From NCBI RefSeq assembly GCF_009914755.1, contig NC_060928.1: a stretch of DNA of 64,000 nt; one strand, 5' to 3'. Numbering within the stretch: the first letter of the stretch is position 1; every line of letters starts with the position of its first letter. The notes under the pieces are model-generated. The model saw nothing but the letters and a program-made list of their open reading frames with translations, did no database searches and was not told where the DNA came from. The stretch is from the human T2T-CHM13v2.0 reference genome, Homo sapiens. A program made the translations under genes and the position numbers. Shown piece by piece: positions 58,366 to 64,000 of the stretch.

Positions 58366-59959
58366 ACATGTTCTTATTTTTGGAAAGCACAACAAGAAGG
58401 AGAGATTAGAAGATGATTTGGGACAGCTGTTTACTTATGAAACAAAAGTCTGAATAAAGGAGGAGGTGATAAATCTGGATGAATTAGGATAGGACACTTG
58501 AACAACATTCGAGGTGAAGAGTATTGAAGGTGTGCAAATGCTTGAGAATAATAAACAGCTTCTCCTTTCCTTCTCTGGATTTTGAAAAGGGGGAGATTGC
58601 GGGCAGGTCAAATTTTGTTAAGAAATGGTGTTCAGTTTAGAAGACCATGGAGAAAGTGACATTATTGGGTAATAAATCTGGTACTGGTATTCAATTATGT
58701 ATTGAACAAATATTTGCTGAGTACATTTCGTGAGTATACACTGGTGAACTAAATATATGTGCTTTCATGAGGTCCATGAGACAATGCAAGAATAGAAGTT
58801 CAGGAAGTACTCAAGAATACAGAAGGATTTAATTTTTACTCATTTGTTTTAAATTCAGATGTCATCCTAGCGCATGCTGTCTTTCAAGATTTAGGTTGGT
58901 TCACCTAGGTCATGTGGGTAATCCAGTGCCTTTCCTAAATGTTCCATAACTTCCTGAGGTATTTCATTCTCCGGGGTTCAAAGTCTCAGGGTCTGATGCA
59001 CTCTTTTTCCCAAACCTATCTCATTCACCTCGCTATTAAGTTTTCTTAGTACTGAATCGACCCAGACAAGGAACTCAACCAAATCCTTGATTTTTAGTTT
59101 CTAAAATACTTACATGAGACATTTATACATGTGGAAAATTAACTGAAGTGTTATGAAACTGGAGAGCATTTACGAAGTAGCAATGCAAAGTAAAAATAAA
59201 AAAAAAAACATGTTTTCTTTCAAAGTCAATTTTCTATCCCAACCGAATTTCCCTGCAGATTCTGACTCCTCACTTATTGCTATATAACATCATTCTCTCT
59301 TCGCCAATCCCTCCTGTAACCCTATCCATTACCTTCCCTTCCTTATTCCCAAATCCTATTCATCTTTATGAATATCTTTGTTCCCACATTCCTAACAGGC
59401 AGAATCTGCTGGAAATTTTTGTTAGGATAGGAAACTGACTTTACCTTCAAGGGTACAGGGTGAGAGATGGTGGTGGTGGTGAGTTATTTTTTTGTCCCCC
59501 TAGTTCTATATAATGACCCTATTAGTCCTATAAATATAGCCAATGGAGATCTTTTCTTTCATTAAAGCCATGACATATTTTCTGCAGTATCACTCTTGAC
59601 ATTTAATATTGGATGTTTAAAGGAAAGAGAGACTATTTTTTATTTCTATCATGAGTTCGTATATTCATCAGGGTTTGGCTAAGAAACAAATGGCACCTTC
59701 CCAAGGGGTTGATTGATCCAGAACTTTTCAATGCTTTCTTATTTTTCCTTGAGTGACTGTACAATTCTTAATAATGGCCTGCAAGACCTTGGATGATCTT
59801 TCATGATTGAAGCTCTTAAACTCTAGTCTTGTAGTTTTGGGAAAGCACCAAGTTGTTTTGGTTTGGTTTGGTTTGTTCCCATCCTTCTGGATGTTCACAA
59901 ATCCTGCTCTCTTTGTCTTAAATATTATCATCTTGCTTTTTTCTGTTATTTTATTATTT

Positions 59960-60930
<971 letters not shown>

Positions 60931-62022
60931 GACTAGCACTCTCTATGTCAGTTTCAACATCAACACGTTAGTGACCTAAGGCTGTTTCCCACTCTGCCCA
61001 ATGGTGTCCATAAGGATGCCTTGCTTGTTACATTCTTAACACATAGAATTGGTGCTAAGTGTGTAGCTTTTTTTTTTTTTTGTATTTCTTGTTTGTTTTA
61101 CCCTACAGACTATTAGCTCCATGAATATATAAAGGTGGGAACTATATTTATTTTTCCTTTTGCCACTCTGACACATGGTAATTCTTTAAGGATTTACTGA
61201 TGAATGCTACTTATATACTGTTCATAGTATACACCCTTAGAGATCCTCAACAGCAAAAATAAGAGCTGTGGTTTTTGGTAAACACATGCTACTGACTTCA
61301 GTATTTTATTGCAATGTTTGCAATGTTGTAATCTCTGTAATATTGAAAGTTATAGATTTAATCCCCCCTTAATTGTTGAAACTAGGCTTTTAATTATCAC
61401 GTCACACGGGTAGTCAGTGACAAAACTGATATTGAGAACAATACCTAGTTGATCAAGGCATTGAAACAAACATCATCCTCAAAGGGTAAAAATTTAACTT
61501 TATCTAACTGTAATACTGCATATTTTTTCTATATCATACTGGAAAAATAATTTCCAAGCAAAGTAAGTTTTTATATGCTCTACAGGATCACTTTCTGTAA
61601 TAGCTTTACCATATAAATTTACTTTTTTCCTCCATAGGCATTTTCATCACAGCATTGCAGTAAATAACTATTATAATATTAAGTGACCTGTGTGTGTATG
61701 TGTGTGTGTGTATATATATAATATGTAATTTAAGATATAGAGATACAGATATGTATATAGATAGAGCTATAGATCTTATGCAAATTTAAATTGTGTCTAA
61801 CTACTCAATGAATCACTGGACTTAGCTACTACAATGCTTGCTGAGCTCATCAAGAAAAAACTCAGTATGAGACAATAAACATTTATACTTACTATTCTAT
61901 TAAAAAGAGTGATCATAGGAGCACCTGTAGAATAGAAATAATGATTTCATACATATTTTATGAGGAAAAAAATTGTTCTCTCTGATCATGCTAGTGAACT
62001 GACCAACGTGAAAATTATTTAA

Positions 62023-62248
<226 letters not shown>

Positions 62249-63348
62249 ATCTCTTATATTTTAATTAATTTTAAATAAAAAGGCCTCAGGATCTCAAGAT
62301 GTATACATCATGAGTTCCTTCTTTTAAACATGTAATTACAGGTGTATATAGTATGTGTGTGTATATATATATATTTGTATATCACAATATTTCTGAGTAA
62401 TAGCATATTGCCATTATATATTATACATAGAAAATATATGACTTATATTGACAAGATATTTTTGTTTAACACAATTAGGAAATTTATATGAGGCTGCATA
62501 GGTCAAATTACACACATTTAAGTTTTTCATGAGAAAGCTTTTTATTTATGGCATGTACTTAAGTGATCAGAACCAGGGCTGACTATGTTCATATTTCCAC
62601 CACATGTTATACCTATATCCATTCGATATTTTTTGTTTGAGCATTTTTACATGACTTTTTAACATGAAAATGAGAAGCATATACCTAAGAATAGGAAATG
62701 GCCCTCTGAGATCCCAAAATAGGATAGAGACTTGCAACAAAGCACTTGAACTATGTAACTCTCCAGAGATTTTACCATTTGAAATTTGAGGTAATGACAT
62801 GCAAATTTCACTGCCAGTGACACTTTTCACTTGAGAATTGACATGTATAAAAATCAGCTATTTTGTTATATGAAAAAAATAAACTTCACCTACTACTATA
62901 CCAACTTTCCGTCACAGCGTTACCATTTTTGGTAATATTGAGTTTATATTGCATTTTACTAAGAAAGAAGTGTTTTTTACTAAAACATTTATTGACATAT
63001 AATAAGCATGCAGAAAATTGCATAAATCTTAAATATATTGAATCATTCCGATTTTTAGTATGTGAAACTGCATGTATTTAAATATTTTATGCGGCTTGTA
63101 AAGTTGTCAAATTCTTTGATAATATGATAAAAATATAAGATAAACACTCTAAAATGGTATTGCATAACAAACTCACTGATCAGGACAGCCACATTACACG
63201 TAACAAGAATATTTAATATTCTTTTTTCAGTTACTGTAAATAAGAAAACAGTATCTTTATAGATCAGAAGATAGCTTTTGCTTTGTGGTTAACAGAGCTG
63301 TAATCTGCCAGTTGTAAGAATAAATAAAACCTCTTAATAGAATTTTGA

Positions 63349-63552
63349 TCACAGGAAGGGGAATATCACACACTGGGGCCTGTCGGGGCTGGGGGGCAAG
63401 GGGAGGGAGAGCATTAGGGCAAATACCTAAAGCATGAGGGGCTTAAAACCTAGATGACGGGTTGATAGGTGCAGCAAACCACCATGGCACATGTATACCT
63501 ATGTAACAACCCTGCACATTCTGTACATGTATCCCAGAACTTTTTTTAAAAG
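63349..63552 (+). mobile_element. Short L1PA (PA8-like) 3' end
   Basis: GGGGCTTAAAACCTAGATGACGGGTTGATAGGTGCAGCAAACCACCATGGCAC; TSD TAGAATTTTGA. Confidence 0.92.
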
Positions 63553-63654
63553 TAGAATTTTGAAAAGATTTTTTAATGCTTTTCTTTACCTTGATATTGA
63601 TAGAAATAATACTACTACTAGCAAGCATTTCTTGATGTTATTGTGTACCTTGTT

Positions 63655-63738
63655 CATCATAGGGTTGCTATATTGCATATATTAATATATGCAGAGGGCG
63701 TATATTAACTCATTAAGCAATATAGCAACCCTATGATG
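63655..63738. repeat. Perfect 22-bp inverted repeat enclosing a 20-bp palindrome
   Basis: CATCATAGGGTTGCTATATTGC (63655-63676) and GCAATATAGCAACCCTATGATG (63717-63738). Confidence 0.95.
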
Positions 63739-63869
63739 TAGCTATTGACATTATCTTGGTTGTACTAGCTAATACATGGACAAATCTAACTCTAATCTAA
63801 TACTAGAAATATTCTTTTTTACCCATAGTATTATACCTCCTGGGGCATTAAAAAGCTCAGGTCTTAAGT

Positions 63870-64000
63870 GTAGATTTGCTATTTGATCCAGCAATCCTAA
63901 TACTGGGTATCTACTCAAAGGAAAAGAAGTCATTACATGAAAAAGACAGATGCACATGCATGTTTATAGCAGCACAATTTGCAATTGCAAAAATATGGAA
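63870..64000 (+). mobile_element. L1 ORF2 3' fragment continuing beyond the window
   Basis: TTTGATCCAGCAATCC...TGTTTATAGCAGCACAATTTGCAATTGCAAAAATATGGAA. Confidence 0.85.

Overview
AT-rich primate (human-like) genomic DNA with no recognisable host protein-coding gene. The ORF track is explained by retroviral/L1/Alu remnants or chance. Bases 1-5176 are a defective HERV-H provirus on the minus strand (two LTR7-type LTRs, tRNA-His PBS, PPT, disrupted gag/pro/pol). It sits in a nest of ERV1 solo LTRs and is followed by MER11, MLT1, MLT2A, MER2, many Alus, L1 fragments and microsatellites. The most striking observation is at the HERV-H primer-binding site: a 39-nt piece of tRNA-Gln(CTG), with its intact anticodon arm, is fused through a short shared motif to the tRNA-His PBS. 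It appears to replace most of the usual leader, including the major splice donor, which suggests capture of a second tRNA by template switching during reverse transcription. Several perfect or near-perfect local fold-back inverted repeats also occur (9.1, 21.9, 40.3, 63.7 kb). Repeat family names and reference comparisons come from recalled consensus sequences and should be confirmed with RepeatMasker/Dfam and GtRNAdb.
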